Shown: positions 41,671 through 52,409, counted from the first letter of the stretch. The stretch is 64,000 nt of DNA from Leptolyngbyaceae cyanobacterium (GCA_050331235.1 JBHJHA010000036.1:1-64000); one strand, 5' to 3'. Numbers and translations are program-made. The notes: generated by a model from the sequence alone, not told the origin.

Positions 41671-42597
41671 ATGGCTTCTCAACCCCAGCTAAGCATTATC
41701 ATTCCAACCCATAATCGACCTCAGCTACTGCCGATCGCTGTGCGGAGTGCGCTGGCTCAGACTTATCAAGACCTTGAGGTCGTCGTAGTGGATGATGCTT
41801 CGACCGAAGTGGCCCAGCTGCCGGACGATCGCCGTTTGCGGGTGATCCGATTGACCACAGGGGTCGGCGGAGCGGGTGCTCGCAATGTTGGTACCGAAGC
41901 CGCACGGGGACGATGGATCACGTATCTGGATGATGATGATTATTTGCTGCCGGAAATGGCTGAAATCTCCCTGGCGGCCTTGGCTAAACAACAGGGTGAT
42001 GGGCCAGTGGGGGTGATTTCGGGTATCAGGAAAGTCGATGAATATGGCAAAGTGCTGTCAACGCGATTGCCGCCTGACTGTTGCCCCCAGGGACGTCATT
42101 TTTTCCTAGAGCCTCTGCCGATTGGCCGCTCATACCACACAAAGCAAACGTTGGTTGTTGAGAAGAATATCGTGCTGAAAATTGGCGGCTGGGACGAAAC
42201 CTTCCGCTCCCGAGTACATTCTGAGTTTTTCCTCCGATTAAATCCTGTTTGCAAAATCGTTGGCTTGCCGACGGTGACGTATCATTTGCTGTCTCATTCA
42301 GGCAGTCGTGTTTCGGGTAACTCCGATTTGCGCCAAGCCAGTTTCACACAACTGATACAAAAGCATAAAGGTATTTTTTCCGCCCATCCCAAAATGTTCG
42401 CAGAGTTTGTCTATAAGCACGCGCTGAAATCTTACGAAGTGGGACAGGTCCGCTCAGCGATCTCGCATCTGTTCTGGGCGCTCAGACTCCATCCACGCCA
42501 TATTGCCGGTTTGCTGAAATGGTCAGTGGGGTCACAGTTCAATCAAACAATTCAATCGTCCCAGTTACCCTCAAAGACTGTGCCACCTAGCGAATAG
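41671..42597 (+). CDS. Glycosyltransferase family 2
   Basis: SIIIPTHNR, VVDDAS, ARNVG and YLDDDD. Confidence 0.92.
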   Translation: MASQPQLSIIIPTHNRPQLLPIAVRSALAQTYQDLEVVVVDDASTEVAQLPDDRRLRVIRLTTGVGGAGARNVGTEAARGRWITYLDDDDYLLPEMAEISLAALAKQQGDGPVGVISGIRKVDEYGKVLSTRLPPDCCPQGRHFFLEPLPIGRSYHTKQTLVVEKNIVLKIGGWDETFRSRVHSEFFLRLNPVCKIVGLPTVTYHLLSHSGSRVSGNSDLRQASFTQLIQKHKGIFSAHPKMFAEFVYKHALKSYEVGQVRSAISHLFWALRLHPRHIAGLLKWSVGSQFNQTIQSSQLPSKTVPPSE

Positions 42598-42648
42598 CCT
42601 GGGCCGCGCTCTTTTCTGGCATGACTTGATAATTATGCGGAGATTTCT

Positions 42649-44193
42649 ATGATCATTGATATTTTGGATCTTGAAGATCAACAACGACTGAAAGGACAGA
42701 TCGTCGTTGTGGGCTCTGGCATCGCCGGTGCAGAAGTTGCAACGTTTTTGGCCCGCCATAGCCGTGAAGTCATCTTGTTGGAAAGCGGTCGCGATCGTTT
42801 TGACCCCAAAATTCAAGCCCTCAACGATGTTGTTTTTCTGAGCAAGCGACATCGTGAAATGAATCCTGACTCTTACTATCATCGCTATTTGCCACCAGAA
42901 CTTAGAGGGGTTAGCCGAGTGCGCCAATTTGGTGGCACTAGCAATGTGTGGACGGGCAAATGGAAACACTTGCAAACCAGTGACTTTGCGGGACGCGACT
43001 GGGTGCCTAACAGCGGTTGGCCCATTGGCTATGAGGACTTGCTGCCCCACTACCGCTCTGCGGCTAAGGATTATGGTTTTGGCGATCTGGAAGCTGAAGC
43101 TCGCCGCCGAGAAATTGTCACCTTACGAAATCAAATTGCTGCCCACGGACTGAAAATGAGCAGCTTTTATTGGGAGGAAACACCGACCCGCACGGCTAAA
43201 CGGTTTGGCGACGAAATGCGGCGATCGCCTAACCTACGGGTCATTCTGGGTGCTACCGTCAATGAACTACGCTTAGATGAGGCTGGTGAACGGGTAACCA
43301 CAGTCGCCTGTAGCTCATTGGAAGGTCGCGAACTGATTGTTGAAGGGGATACCGTTGTGCTGGCCACCGGTGCATTCGAAGCGGCTCGTATTCTGCTTGC
43401 GTCGGATCGCCAGGTGCCTAATGGGATTGGCAATGAGCATGATCTGGTTGGCCGATTTTATACGGACCATCCCAAACACCATACGGGAACGCTCACGCCG
43501 GGGGCTCTGACACGCCAGTATGCTAACGAACTGCAATATGCACCCAAGCCTCGCTTCTGTATCTGTTTTGCGCTGGATGATGCTACGCAACAGCAGTATG
43601 AACTGCTGGAGCACGTTTTGTATCTAAAACCTCTCTACGAGAAGACCAAGGACCGTCTCAGTCGAATTATCCGTAGACGACCACTCTGTGTTGATCGCAA
43701 TGGCGCGATCGCGGCTTACAAGGTGAAATTTGTCACCGAGCAGGTGCCCCAGCAGTCGAGCCGGATCAAACTCGGGACCGAGCGCGATGCACTGGGTCAG
43801 CGCAAGTTAGAAGTCGACTGGTGCTTCACTCAGCAAGATCATCGGTCATTAGAGAAGACCCTTGCTCTAATGACTGAGAGATTTCAAACAGCTGGGTTAG
43901 GTCACTTTAACTTTGGAAATGAGCCTCCCAGCCTTGAAAATATGACTGATGCGGCCCACCAAATGGGCACAACCCGTATGGCCAGTTGCTCTGACGCTGG
44001 CGTTGTGGATCTCGACTGCCGAGTCTTTGGTACTGATAATTTGTATGTTGCTAGCTCAGCGGTCTTTCCCACCGGGCCTTCCTACTCCCCAACCTTTACG
44101 ATCCTGGCGCTGGCTCGTCGGTTAGGCCAACATCTGCTACAGACGACTGTCCAGTCTGTGAATGACTTACAGGTGAGTCCTGCCACTTTGTAA
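42649..44193 (+). CDS. GMC family oxidoreductase
   Basis: VVGSGIAG, FGGTSNVW, VGRFYTDHP, HQMGTTRM and NLYVASSAVFPT. Confidence 0.9.
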   Translation: MIIDILDLEDQQRLKGQIVVVGSGIAGAEVATFLARHSREVILLESGRDRFDPKIQALNDVVFLSKRHREMNPDSYYHRYLPPELRGVSRVRQFGGTSNVWTGKWKHLQTSDFAGRDWVPNSGWPIGYEDLLPHYRSAAKDYGFGDLEAEARRREIVTLRNQIAAHGLKMSSFYWEETPTRTAKRFGDEMRRSPNLRVILGATVNELRLDEAGERVTTVACSSLEGRELIVEGDTVVLATGAFEAARILLASDRQVPNGIGNEHDLVGRFYTDHPKHHTGTLTPGALTRQYANELQYAPKPRFCICFALDDATQQQYELLEHVLYLKPLYEKTKDRLSRIIRRRPLCVDRNGAIAAYKVKFVTEQVPQQSSRIKLGTERDALGQRKLEVDWCFTQQDHRSLEKTLALMTERFQTAGLGHFNFGNEPPSLENMTDAAHQMGTTRMASCSDAGVVDLDCRVFGTDNLYVASSAVFPTGPSYSPTFTILALARRLGQHLLQTTVQSVNDLQVSPATL

Positions 44194-44203
44194 GGAGCTA
44201 ATA

Positions 44204-44701
44204 ATGCTTTCAGAATCTACTACTCAGGCAACCAGTACTCCTACTCGAGCCTTGCTACTGACTAAGTTCGCCCTGGCTATCCTAATTTTAGGAATCTGTG
44301 TGGTCGGTAAGCGGGAGTCTACATGGCCAATTACTACTTGGGCCCTGTATAGCGGCTACTCTGCCCGTTTTCGCATCCCTGAGCCCACTGTTTCTGAGAT
44401 TCAATTACAAGTGTTAACCGCCGACGGCAATGCTCACCTTGTTAAACCTGAGCTCATCCTCTCTCTACCCTATGACAGTCTGGCCCATAGCGTCGTTGAG
44501 CAGGCCTTTTTAGGTGAAGATCCTCGTGTCAAGACCGCAAGTCAACGATATTTAGCTAAGGAAATTGGGAAAATTGAAGCTATTCAAGCAGAAATTGATG
44601 AAATACAGGCTTGGAAAATCACCTATCAAACTTACCCTTTACAGATTCCGCCGATACATAAAGATAATCCCCAGTCCAGGGACATGATTGGCAGTTTTTG
44701 A
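44204..44701 (+). CDS. Hypothetical membrane-anchored protein
   Basis: One TM segment followed by TWPITTWALYS; embedded in the operon with an AGGAG RBS. Confidence 0.65.
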   Translation: MLSESTTQATSTPTRALLLTKFALAILILGICVVGKRESTWPITTWALYSGYSARFRIPEPTVSEIQLQVLTADGNAHLVKPELILSLPYDSLAHSVVEQAFLGEDPRVKTASQRYLAKEIGKIEAIQAEIDEIQAWKITYQTYPLQIPPIHKDNPQSRDMIGSF

Positions 44702-44736
44702 GTTAACAAGATTAAGACCTCCGTTACTACCGAGCC

Positions 44737-45918
44737 ATGAAAAGAGATAGGGGAGATCGCTTTAGTATTAGGTTGAATTCCTGGTTGTTACAGCCTGAAC
44801 CTAATGCTGCTGGCAATATGGGACTTTGCAGAATCGTATACTCTCTGTTTTATCTTTGGTACTTGAGTACCCATTCTTCTGCCTTTCTGAGCGGGATGCC
44901 CAGCTTTTTTGTTGAGCAGAGAGTTTATTTGTTTAGATATATTTTTGCGGATTTTGGTGCATCTTGGTCGCCATTGGTCTTTCAAACGATTGAGTCTTTG
45001 CTAGTCGCATGTCTGATTTTGTTAGTCTTTGGATATAAAACTCGCTGGACTACAGCGGGAGTCTTAGTTTTAGGGTGCCTGCTAGAGGGGCTATCGAGTG
45101 CGATCGATTCCAAGAGAACGCTGCTGCCGCTCGTATTTTATGTGCCTTTTTTTATGACTCTAGCCAACACTTGGGGAAAGACTTATTCACTAGACGCCTT
45201 AATACAGGAACGTCGATTAAGTGTGAAAGTTGATCCTCATGCTGATGATGGCTTTTTCTTTCTACCCGCCCGTGCACTGTTGATTATCTTTTCGGTGCAG
45301 TTTTTCGTCTCGGCGATTTTTAAGGTGGCGTTTGGGGGAGCTTGGCTCAGCTACTCGGACATAATGGCCAACTTTTTTTTGAATCGGAATATTGAGGCAG
45401 CCATCTATGATCTACCCTTGAACTGGTTCGCTCCTCTAATCTCGAAAACACCAGTCATTTATCTTTCAATACATCTGACAACGCTGGTGTTTGAATTTGG
45501 TTTCTTTCTGTCTTTGATTAATAGAAAACTCAGAGACTTAATCATTTCTTTGGCGCTGATTTTTCATGCCGTGAACGCTTTGTGGCTCGTGGTTACAGTG
45601 ACGCCGATTTTGGCAGGATATTTGCCTTTTGTGAATTGGCAAAATGTTAAGGATCGGATGCCAGTTTCCTTGGTAGAAAAAAGCATTTTTGAAAAGCTAC
45701 CTTTAAGTTCGTCGATCTTTGGAATACTTTTCCTAGCCTCATTTGTTGGTTTGCTTTGGCATAGCCCAGTCGATATTAGAAGCTGCCTGAATCTCTTCGG
45801 AGTTATTAACTGGAGAACAATCTGGCTATTGGTTTTACCACCTGCTGCATACTGGTTTGTGGCTACGCTGATCCATTTTCGGCAGCCGGTTAGTAATTCA
45901 ACTTCGACTGCTGCGTAG
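44737..45918 (+). CDS. HTTM-like multi-pass membrane protein
   Basis: LLVFGYKTR, YSLDAL, FFVSAIFK and TLVFE...ALIFH pattern. Confidence 0.65.
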   Translation: MKRDRGDRFSIRLNSWLLQPEPNAAGNMGLCRIVYSLFYLWYLSTHSSAFLSGMPSFFVEQRVYLFRYIFADFGASWSPLVFQTIESLLVACLILLVFGYKTRWTTAGVLVLGCLLEGLSSAIDSKRTLLPLVFYVPFFMTLANTWGKTYSLDALIQERRLSVKVDPHADDGFFFLPARALLIIFSVQFFVSAIFKVAFGGAWLSYSDIMANFFLNRNIEAAIYDLPLNWFAPLISKTPVIYLSIHLTTLVFEFGFFLSLINRKLRDLIISLALIFHAVNALWLVVTVTPILAGYLPFVNWQNVKDRMPVSLVEKSIFEKLPLSSSIFGILFLASFVGLLWHSPVDIRSCLNLFGVINWRTIWLLVLPPAAYWFVATLIHFRQPVSNSTSTAA

Positions 45919-45980
45919 TATTGGCTGTTCGTAGACACCAGTTGAGGGGCATCGTATATTAACTCAAAGATTTTTTGGCT

Positions 45981-47204
45981 ATGGTTTCTATTCAAGCGCC
46001 GTTTAGACTGGATTTGCGATCGCTCGCTGTATTTCGCATTGGTTTAGCAATAAGTTTCATTGTATTGGCCTGCATAGATGATGCTCCTGGCTTGGTAGAA
46101 ACTGCTGGCCTTTGGCAAAGATGGGACTCCCTATTCGTCATTTCAGAAACCCTGGAAAAGTTCGGTCAGTACTTACTGACACCCTTACTAAGCCTTGTCG
46201 GTATCGTGCTGCTCGTCGGCTATCGGGCTAAAGTTGTTTTGTCTATCGGGCTGTTCCTGAGTGGGCTGGCATACTTTTTGAATGTTGGCTCTTTTCCCGA
46301 GTTAGAGCCTCTGTTCTTGCCGATAGTGTTTTGGAGTTGGTTTTTGCCCTTGGGCGCAAACTTCTCTTTCGATAGTGCGATGAATACCGCTATCCCAAAA
46401 ACGTTTGAGATTGTTTCAAGTGCTACGATCGCTCTGGCGCTGCAACAATGTTTCAATTACTGGATGCCCAACTCATCGTTCCTGGCCTTTGGTACGGAGA
46501 GTACTAGCATTCATAGCCTGCTGCTGCTGATTTTTCTGTTAGCAGCATTGACTTTATTGATGCCCTTACAGTCGGCAACTTTACGTGCAGTTCTGATCAA
46601 TGGATTTGTGCTTTTACATTTGCTTGCATGGCTGTTTTGGGGGCAGCCTATTCAGGTCGCGTGGCTAGCGATCTCGATCTGGCTAGCATTTTTACCTACC
46701 ATCGTTTGGGAATTTTTGGAAAAACGATTGCAAACCTCACAAAGAGAGGGATTAGTCGTTTACTATGATGCCGACTGTGGCTTTTGTAAGAAAGTCGTGC
46801 ACGTTTTACGTGCTTTCCTCATCTTGCCGGGGACACCACTGTTGACAGCCCAGAGTGATGACTCAATTTGTGCTGATATGGAGGCCTATAACTCTTGGGT
46901 GGTGGTTGACTGGCAGCAACGCCGACACTTTAAATTCGAAGCGATCGCGTATATCTGCAGTCTGTCTCCTATTTTTCGCATTTTGGTTCCACTGTTGCGC
47001 TGGTCACCTGTGATGTCAGTCGGGACTCGCTTTTATGAGATGATCGCCAAAAATCGTAAGCAAGCTGGCCTGTTTACCCGTCCCCTCAAGTTCAACGCGT
47101 ATTCGACTCGCTTATCTACAACAGAAAATTTCATGGTGGCAGTTCTGGCTACCATTTACTTCCTCATTATTACTGCCAAAATTGTGAGCTATTTAGCTCT
47201 TTAA
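45981..47204 (+). CDS. Membrane protein (HTTM-like N-terminus) with a DCC1-like thiol-disulfide oxidoreductase domain
   Basis: LDLRSLAVFRIG, FLPLGANFSFD and YYDADCGFC (DxxCxxC). Confidence 0.75.
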   Translation: MVSIQAPFRLDLRSLAVFRIGLAISFIVLACIDDAPGLVETAGLWQRWDSLFVISETLEKFGQYLLTPLLSLVGIVLLVGYRAKVVLSIGLFLSGLAYFLNVGSFPELEPLFLPIVFWSWFLPLGANFSFDSAMNTAIPKTFEIVSSATIALALQQCFNYWMPNSSFLAFGTESTSIHSLLLLIFLLAALTLLMPLQSATLRAVLINGFVLLHLLAWLFWGQPIQVAWLAISIWLAFLPTIVWEFLEKRLQTSQREGLVVYYDADCGFCKKVVHVLRAFLILPGTPLLTAQSDDSICADMEAYNSWVVVDWQQRRHFKFEAIAYICSLSPIFRILVPLLRWSPVMSVGTRFYEMIAKNRKQAGLFTRPLKFNAYSTRLSTTENFMVAVLATIYFLIITAKIVSYLAL

Positions 47205-47343
47205 GATTTGGCAACTATGGCAGTGTGTCTGATGGGGGCGATCTTTGGATTTCTTTAGCATTCCGGCATTTCTCAGCGGGCAACCTTCGAGAAATGGTCC
47301 CGATACCGGTAGAGTTTGAAACAATGAGCTGGATGCCTAGACT

Positions 47344-48630
47344 ATGGATGCATGCTACGACGTGAGTAATCGCGAGCGCATTGTAATTGTTGGTGCTGGG
47401 TTTGGGGGCTTCCAAGCGGCGCAATCTTTGGCTGGGGCAGCGGCAGATGTATTACTCATTGATCGCAACAACTACCACACGTTTATTCCGCTGCTATATC
47501 AGGTAGCTACGGGGCAGTTAGAGCCCAACTTGGTGGCTTACCCGATTCGGACAAAGCTGCGCCGGATGAAAAATGTTCGCTTTTTACAGGCGGATGTGCG
47601 GCACATTGATTTGGAGCATAAGGTTATCGGCGTTGGTGACGATCTGATTAGCTATGACTATTTGGTTATCGCGACCGGTGCTGAGTCTAGCTTTCATGGG
47701 GTGCCAGGGGCAGTGGAGCGAGCGTTTACCCTGCACAGCTTGCGAGACGCGATTGCCCTGCGTAACCGTTTTCTCTCCTGTTTTGAGCAAGCTGCAACTA
47801 CCCAAAATGATGAGGCACGGCGCCGGCTCATGACCTTCACCATTGTGGGTGGTGGGGCTACCGGGGTGGAGGTAGCAGGGGCGCTGGCCGAGTGGTTGCA
47901 GGGGGCGATCGCCCGAGATTTTCCCGAACTGCGAGGATGGGGACGCATTGTCTTAATCCAGTCCGGCTCGGGGCTGCTGCAAGAGTTTTCGCAGAAATTG
48001 GGGAACTATACGCACCGTCACCTGCAGCGGTTGGGGGTCGATGTTCGCTTAAATGTCAAAATTGCTGAGGTTTCAGCAACGACGGCTCAGCTCTCAGACG
48101 GGACTGTTATTCCCACCTCAACGGTAGTCTGGGCGGCGGGCATTCGGGCTGCAGAGCCGATGGTGGCCCAGCCCTTTGAGCAAGCGGCTAAGGGGAAAAT
48201 GGTGGTCAAGGAAACCCTGCAGCTAACGGAGCAGGCTAATGTGTATGCGATTGGCGACGTGGCGTACTTTGAAAAGTCTGGAAAGGTGCTGTCTGGGGTA
48301 GCCCCAGAAGCTCTCCAGCAGGGCGTTGCCGTGGCCCGCAACATTCGTCGGCAGCTCCAGGGCGAATTACCGCAACCGTTTAGCTATCTCAATAAAGGAC
48401 GGCTGGCAATTATCGGCGGCTATGGCGGCGTCGGTCGCGTAGCCGGCATCAACTTTGGCGGCTTTGTGGCTTGGTTAATGTGGTTGCTGGTACACGTAAC
48501 TTATTTGCCAGGGTATCGTAGCCGTCTTGTGGTGGTATTAACCTGGCTGCAAAACTACATTACGGGAGATCGCTCCCAGCGCCAACTCTCTGCACCGCCG
48601 CTGCCCGAATGCCCCGATTCACTACCTTGA
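47344..48630 (+). CDS. Type II NADH:quinone oxidoreductase (NDH-2)
   Basis: IVGAGFGG, FIPLLYQVATG, IVGGGATGVE, YAIGD and WLLVH. Confidence 0.9.
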   Translation: MDACYDVSNRERIVIVGAGFGGFQAAQSLAGAAADVLLIDRNNYHTFIPLLYQVATGQLEPNLVAYPIRTKLRRMKNVRFLQADVRHIDLEHKVIGVGDDLISYDYLVIATGAESSFHGVPGAVERAFTLHSLRDAIALRNRFLSCFEQAATTQNDEARRRLMTFTIVGGGATGVEVAGALAEWLQGAIARDFPELRGWGRIVLIQSGSGLLQEFSQKLGNYTHRHLQRLGVDVRLNVKIAEVSATTAQLSDGTVIPTSTVVWAAGIRAAEPMVAQPFEQAAKGKMVVKETLQLTEQANVYAIGDVAYFEKSGKVLSGVAPEALQQGVAVARNIRRQLQGELPQPFSYLNKGRLAIIGGYGGVGRVAGINFGGFVAWLMWLLVHVTYLPGYRSRLVVVLTWLQNYITGDRSQRQLSAPPLPECPDSLP

Positions 48631-48642
48631 TCAAGAACGCCT

Positions 48643-49194
48643 ATGCCCCGTCCCCAAACTGGTTTAAAGACGAATGATATCGCTCTCGCCTATGTGCTGC
48701 TGCGAGTAGTGGTGGGCATCAACTACTTCAACCATGGATTTACCCGCATTGGCAATATTCCCGGCTTTGTCAACGCGATGGTGGGGGCCATGGATAGAGC
48801 CTGGATGCCTGAACCTTTGGTTCGTACTACTGCTGTTCTCGTCTCCCCCGTCGAGCTCGTCTTCGGCCTGTTCCTGCTGTTGGGGTTGTTTACTCGGATT
48901 TCTGTGATAGTGCTCTTTGTGCTGATGGCGATATTGATGTACGGCGTCACCATCGTGCAAAACTGGGATTCGGCCTCAAGCCAGTTAATCTACAACATTG
49001 TGCTGTTTATTCTCTTAGCGGCCCAGGGGTACAACCGTTGGTCGCTTGACGATGTGTTGTTTGGGCGCGATCGCTCACAAGTCGTTGACCCGTCTGGCAA
49101 TCCGACCGATGCTGTCAATTCCCGTAGACGTGGAGCACGATGGCATAAGCCAGGCCGGATTTCATACTTCTGGCCGAAGGGGCCTTCACATTAA
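48643..49194 (+). CDS. DoxX family membrane protein
   Basis: LLRVVVG..YFNHG, VELVFG..LLLGLFTR and WSLD. Confidence 0.85.
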   Translation: MPRPQTGLKTNDIALAYVLLRVVVGINYFNHGFTRIGNIPGFVNAMVGAMDRAWMPEPLVRTTAVLVSPVELVFGLFLLLGLFTRISVIVLFVLMAILMYGVTIVQNWDSASSQLIYNIVLFILLAAQGYNRWSLDDVLFGRDRSQVVDPSGNPTDAVNSRRRGARWHKPGRISYFWPKGPSH

Positions 49195-49321
49195 CTCAAT
49201 TAGGATAAATCAGTGTTGATTTCCGTTAGCGGATTGGTGAGGAAAGTCTGTGGATTTTTCTCCGCGAAGAGTGTTTCCTTGACGCTAGTCAGGCATTAGC
49301 AGTTGCACTGAGATATTACTG

Positions 49322-49723
49322 ATGAAATATTTGCCCCTGGTTGCCCGAATTGCCCTTGCTTTAGTCTTTCTCGTATCTGGTGTTAAACATTTGGTCGGTT
49401 TTTCAGGATTTGTCGACATGATCGGACAAAGCCTGCCCCTTGCGCCGTTACTGGCGATTGGTACGATTGCGTTTCAGATTTTGGGCGCGCTTTCTTTGAT
49501 TCTTGGCTACAAAGTTAATATCGGTGCCACACTGCTGTTGGTTTTTCTGATTCCAGCGACGCTGGTCTATCATAATCCGCTCATTGACGGTAGTCAGATG
49601 ACTGCATTCCTCAAAAATCTTGGACTAGTGGGTGGTCTTTTGTTGGTGATTTATGCGGGTGCAGGCGCAGCCAGTGTTGATCGCAGTCAAAGCCGGTCAG
49701 AGCACTATCCAGAAGTCAGTTAG
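49322..49723 (+). CDS. DoxX family membrane protein
   Basis: ARIALALVFLVSG, FLIPATLVYH and FLKNLGLVGGLL. Confidence 0.9.
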   Translation: MKYLPLVARIALALVFLVSGVKHLVGFSGFVDMIGQSLPLAPLLAIGTIAFQILGALSLILGYKVNIGATLLLVFLIPATLVYHNPLIDGSQMTAFLKNLGLVGGLLLVIYAGAGAASVDRSQSRSEHYPEVS

Positions 49724-49760
49724 TGGATGGCAATCGCGGAATTTTGCATACTTAACCGCC

Positions 49761-49792
49761 AAATCCTACTTGTTGTTTCAGGTAGGATTTTT
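49761..49792 (+). terminator. Probable intrinsic terminator
   Basis: AAATCCTAC...GTAGGATTT stem followed by T-rich sequence, downstream of the second DoxX gene. Confidence 0.55.
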
Positions 49793-50067
49793 AATTTAAG
49801 GGCAACCACAGAAGATTCAGTCTGAGATTCCATGGGTGATGTATTGATAACCTGGCAGCGAGACCATCACTTTTGGAAAACTTAGTAAGAGTAGTCGCAC
49901 AATGCGTGGTGAATCCCGCATCCGTGGTCTACTAGCTACAAGCTTCGCCTATGAATAATTTGGCTGCGCGACACCTATCCTTCTCATGTCCTGGGTCAGG
50001 TTTTGCCCCGGCGAAATGTTGAGCCAAATCTTGCTTCCAAAACCGAATTTTCGGAAACTGACACCCC

Positions 50068-51543
50068 ATGGCTGACTCTAAACTCAAAAACTACATCAAC
50101 GGTGAATGGTGCGTCTCAAGCGCAAGCGATCGCTTGCCAGTGCACAATCCCGCGACCGCAGAGATCTTAGCGGAGGTGCCACTTTCTCCCGCGGCAGAGG
50201 TGGATGCGGCAACTGCTGCTGCTGTTGAGGCCTTTGCTGAATGGCGGCGGATGCCAGCGGTGGAGCGAGTGCAGTATCTGTTTAGACTCAAAGCCAGCTT
50301 AGAGCGTTACGCCGATGAGCTGGCTGAGTTAGTCACGTTAGAGTGTGGCAAAACTCTGAAAGAGTCTCGCGGTGAACTGCAGCGAGCCATTGAGAATGTT
50401 GAGGTTGCCTGCGGAATTCCCACGGCTATGCAGGGCGCTTTTTCTGAGGATATTGCCCGGGGCATTGACGAGTTTATGGTGCGTCAGCCTTTGGGAGTGG
50501 CGGCGGCGATCGCCCCGTTTAACTTTCCCGCCATGATTCCGTTTTGGTTCATGCCTTATGCCCTTGCCTGCGGCAATACCTATCTGGTGAAGCCCTCCGA
50601 AAAGGTGCCCCTGACTCTGCAAAAAGTGTTTGAACTGATTGACCAGGTTGGGTTTCCCGCTGGGGTGGTTAACTTGGTGAATGGGGCAAAGGAAACCGTC
50701 GACGCAATTCTCCAGCATCCTGATATCCGGGCCATTAGCTTTGTGGGTTCATCGCCGGTGGCTCGATATATCTATGCTCAGGCTGCAGCTCAGGGCAAGC
50801 GGGTGCAGTGTCAAGGCGGGGCCAAAAATCCGGTTGTCGTCTTGCCCGATGCTGATGTAGCCATGACGACTCGCATTGTAGCGGATAGCGCGTTTGGCTG
50901 TGCTGGCCAGCGATGTCTGGCTGCCTCTTTGGCGGTGACTGTGGGAGACGCTAAAGCTGAGTTTACCGACGCGATCGCGGCTGCCGCTGCTAGTCGGGTG
51001 ATCGGCAACGGATTAGATCCCGATGTGCAAATGGGGCCGGTGATCACTGCTCACAGCCGCGATCGCATTGCCTCCCTAATTCAAGCAGGGGTTGATGAAG
51101 GTGCTGAAGTGCTGGTTGACGGTCGTAGACCTGGCATTGCTGGCCTCGAACGGGGCAACTTCATCAAACCGAGTGTGCTGCAAGCGGTGTCACCTGCCAG
51201 CAAGATTGCTCAAACCGAGATTTTTGGCCCCGTTTTAGGCTTGTTGCACGTGGCCACCATTGATGAGGCGATCGCCCTTGTCAACCGGAGCTCCTGGGGT
51301 AATATGGCTTGTCTCTTTACCAGTAGCGGGGCCGCGGCGCGTAAGTTTCGCTACGAAGCTGAAGCCGGCAATATTGGCATCAATATCGGGGTGGCGGCAC
51401 CGATGGCGTTTTTCCCTTTCAGTGGCTGGAAAGAAAGCTTTTTTGGCGACTTGCACGGTCAAAGTCACCATGCGGTGGAATTCTTCACCCAAACAAAAGT
51501 CGTGATTGAACGCTGGCCTAAAGAATGGAGCCGACAGTTCTAA
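50068..51543 (+). CDS. mmsA: CoA-acylating methylmalonate-semialdehyde dehydrogenase
   Basis: [34 protein letters not shown] and EIFGPV. Confidence 0.93.
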   Translation: MADSKLKNYINGEWCVSSASDRLPVHNPATAEILAEVPLSPAAEVDAATAAAVEAFAEWRRMPAVERVQYLFRLKASLERYADELAELVTLECGKTLKESRGELQRAIENVEVACGIPTAMQGAFSEDIARGIDEFMVRQPLGVAAAIAPFNFPAMIPFWFMPYALACGNTYLVKPSEKVPLTLQKVFELIDQVGFPAGVVNLVNGAKETVDAILQHPDIRAISFVGSSPVARYIYAQAAAQGKRVQCQGGAKNPVVVLPDADVAMTTRIVADSAFGCAGQRCLAASLAVTVGDAKAEFTDAIAAAAASRVIGNGLDPDVQMGPVITAHSRDRIASLIQAGVDEGAEVLVDGRRPGIAGLERGNFIKPSVLQAVSPASKIAQTEIFGPVLGLLHVATIDEAIALVNRSSWGNMACLFTSSGAAARKFRYEAEAGNIGINIGVAAPMAFFPFSGWKESFFGDLHGQSHHAVEFFTQTKVVIERWPKEWSRQF

Positions 51544-51587
51544 CCTGTGACTGCTGCTGCGGCCGCTGAGTCCAGGGATGTCTAAGG

Positions 51588-52142
51588 CTAGCTGAGGTTA
51601 AACTTTTCTCGGTAGAACGGGACGTTTTTTAGCTGTTCCCGATTTTGTTGAATAAATTGTGCTTCCTCACTTAAAAACTGTCGAGTCTGAGACAAGATGT
51701 GTTGCGAACGGAGACTGCCCATGGGATATATCCGCACAAATCTCGGCTGAACCCGATGGAAAATCGAATGATAAGTCAACGGCGGCTCTCGAAACTGATA
51801 AGCGAAAGCGGCTTGTTGATTAATCGCGGCGGGTAGCGCCCGTGTACTTTGAATTTCAAATCGTAACGGAACTGCAGGCCCCAAGCGCTTGATCGGTTGG
51901 CAGAGCGGGCTGAATGTTGATGGAGCCTCAATGGTCAGGTGTCTGAGTGTGCCAACCATCCGTTCGTCATACACAACCCAGCCTTGCTGCGCGTATTGCC
52001 GTGGAGGGCTCACGTGTAAGTCTGAATCAGGCCAAGATAACGCCCCTTTAAATGTCGGCACCACGAATTGGAATTCATTGAGATCGGCGATCGCAATTTC
52101 GGTAGGGCTGACTTGGGACTGTAGACGGCGACCAAAAAACAT
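51588..52142 (-). CDS. Hypothetical protein (true start possibly upstream, across a frameshift)
   Basis: 184 aa open frame with no recognisable family motif. Confidence 0.45.
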   Translation of the reverse strand: MFFGRRLQSQVSPTEIAIADLNEFQFVVPTFKGALSWPDSDLHVSPPRQYAQQGWVVYDERMVGTLRHLTIEAPSTFSPLCQPIKRLGPAVPLRFEIQSTRALPAAINQQAAFAYQFREPPLTYHSIFHRVQPRFVRIYPMGSLRSQHILSQTRQFLSEEAQFIQQNREQLKNVPFYREKFNLS

Positions 52143-52409
52143 GACTACGACGACAAGGAACTCTCATCCAAACCAGTGTAGGATCGTCATCAATGACGCC
52201 CTCATATCTCACATTAATGGTCATTTGCTGGTTCGAGCGGATCAGTACTCTGGATGATTTCAAGGGCTCTTGCGATGGATTCCTGGCTCATAACAGGCAG
52301 CCGGCCCTACCGTTGCGTAGTAAAGCCGGCTGTTGGTAGCATTATTGGTTGTCGGGTGAATCACGCGGTGATGTCGGCAGCAATAGCGACATCGGCTACA
52401 GTTATTGAC

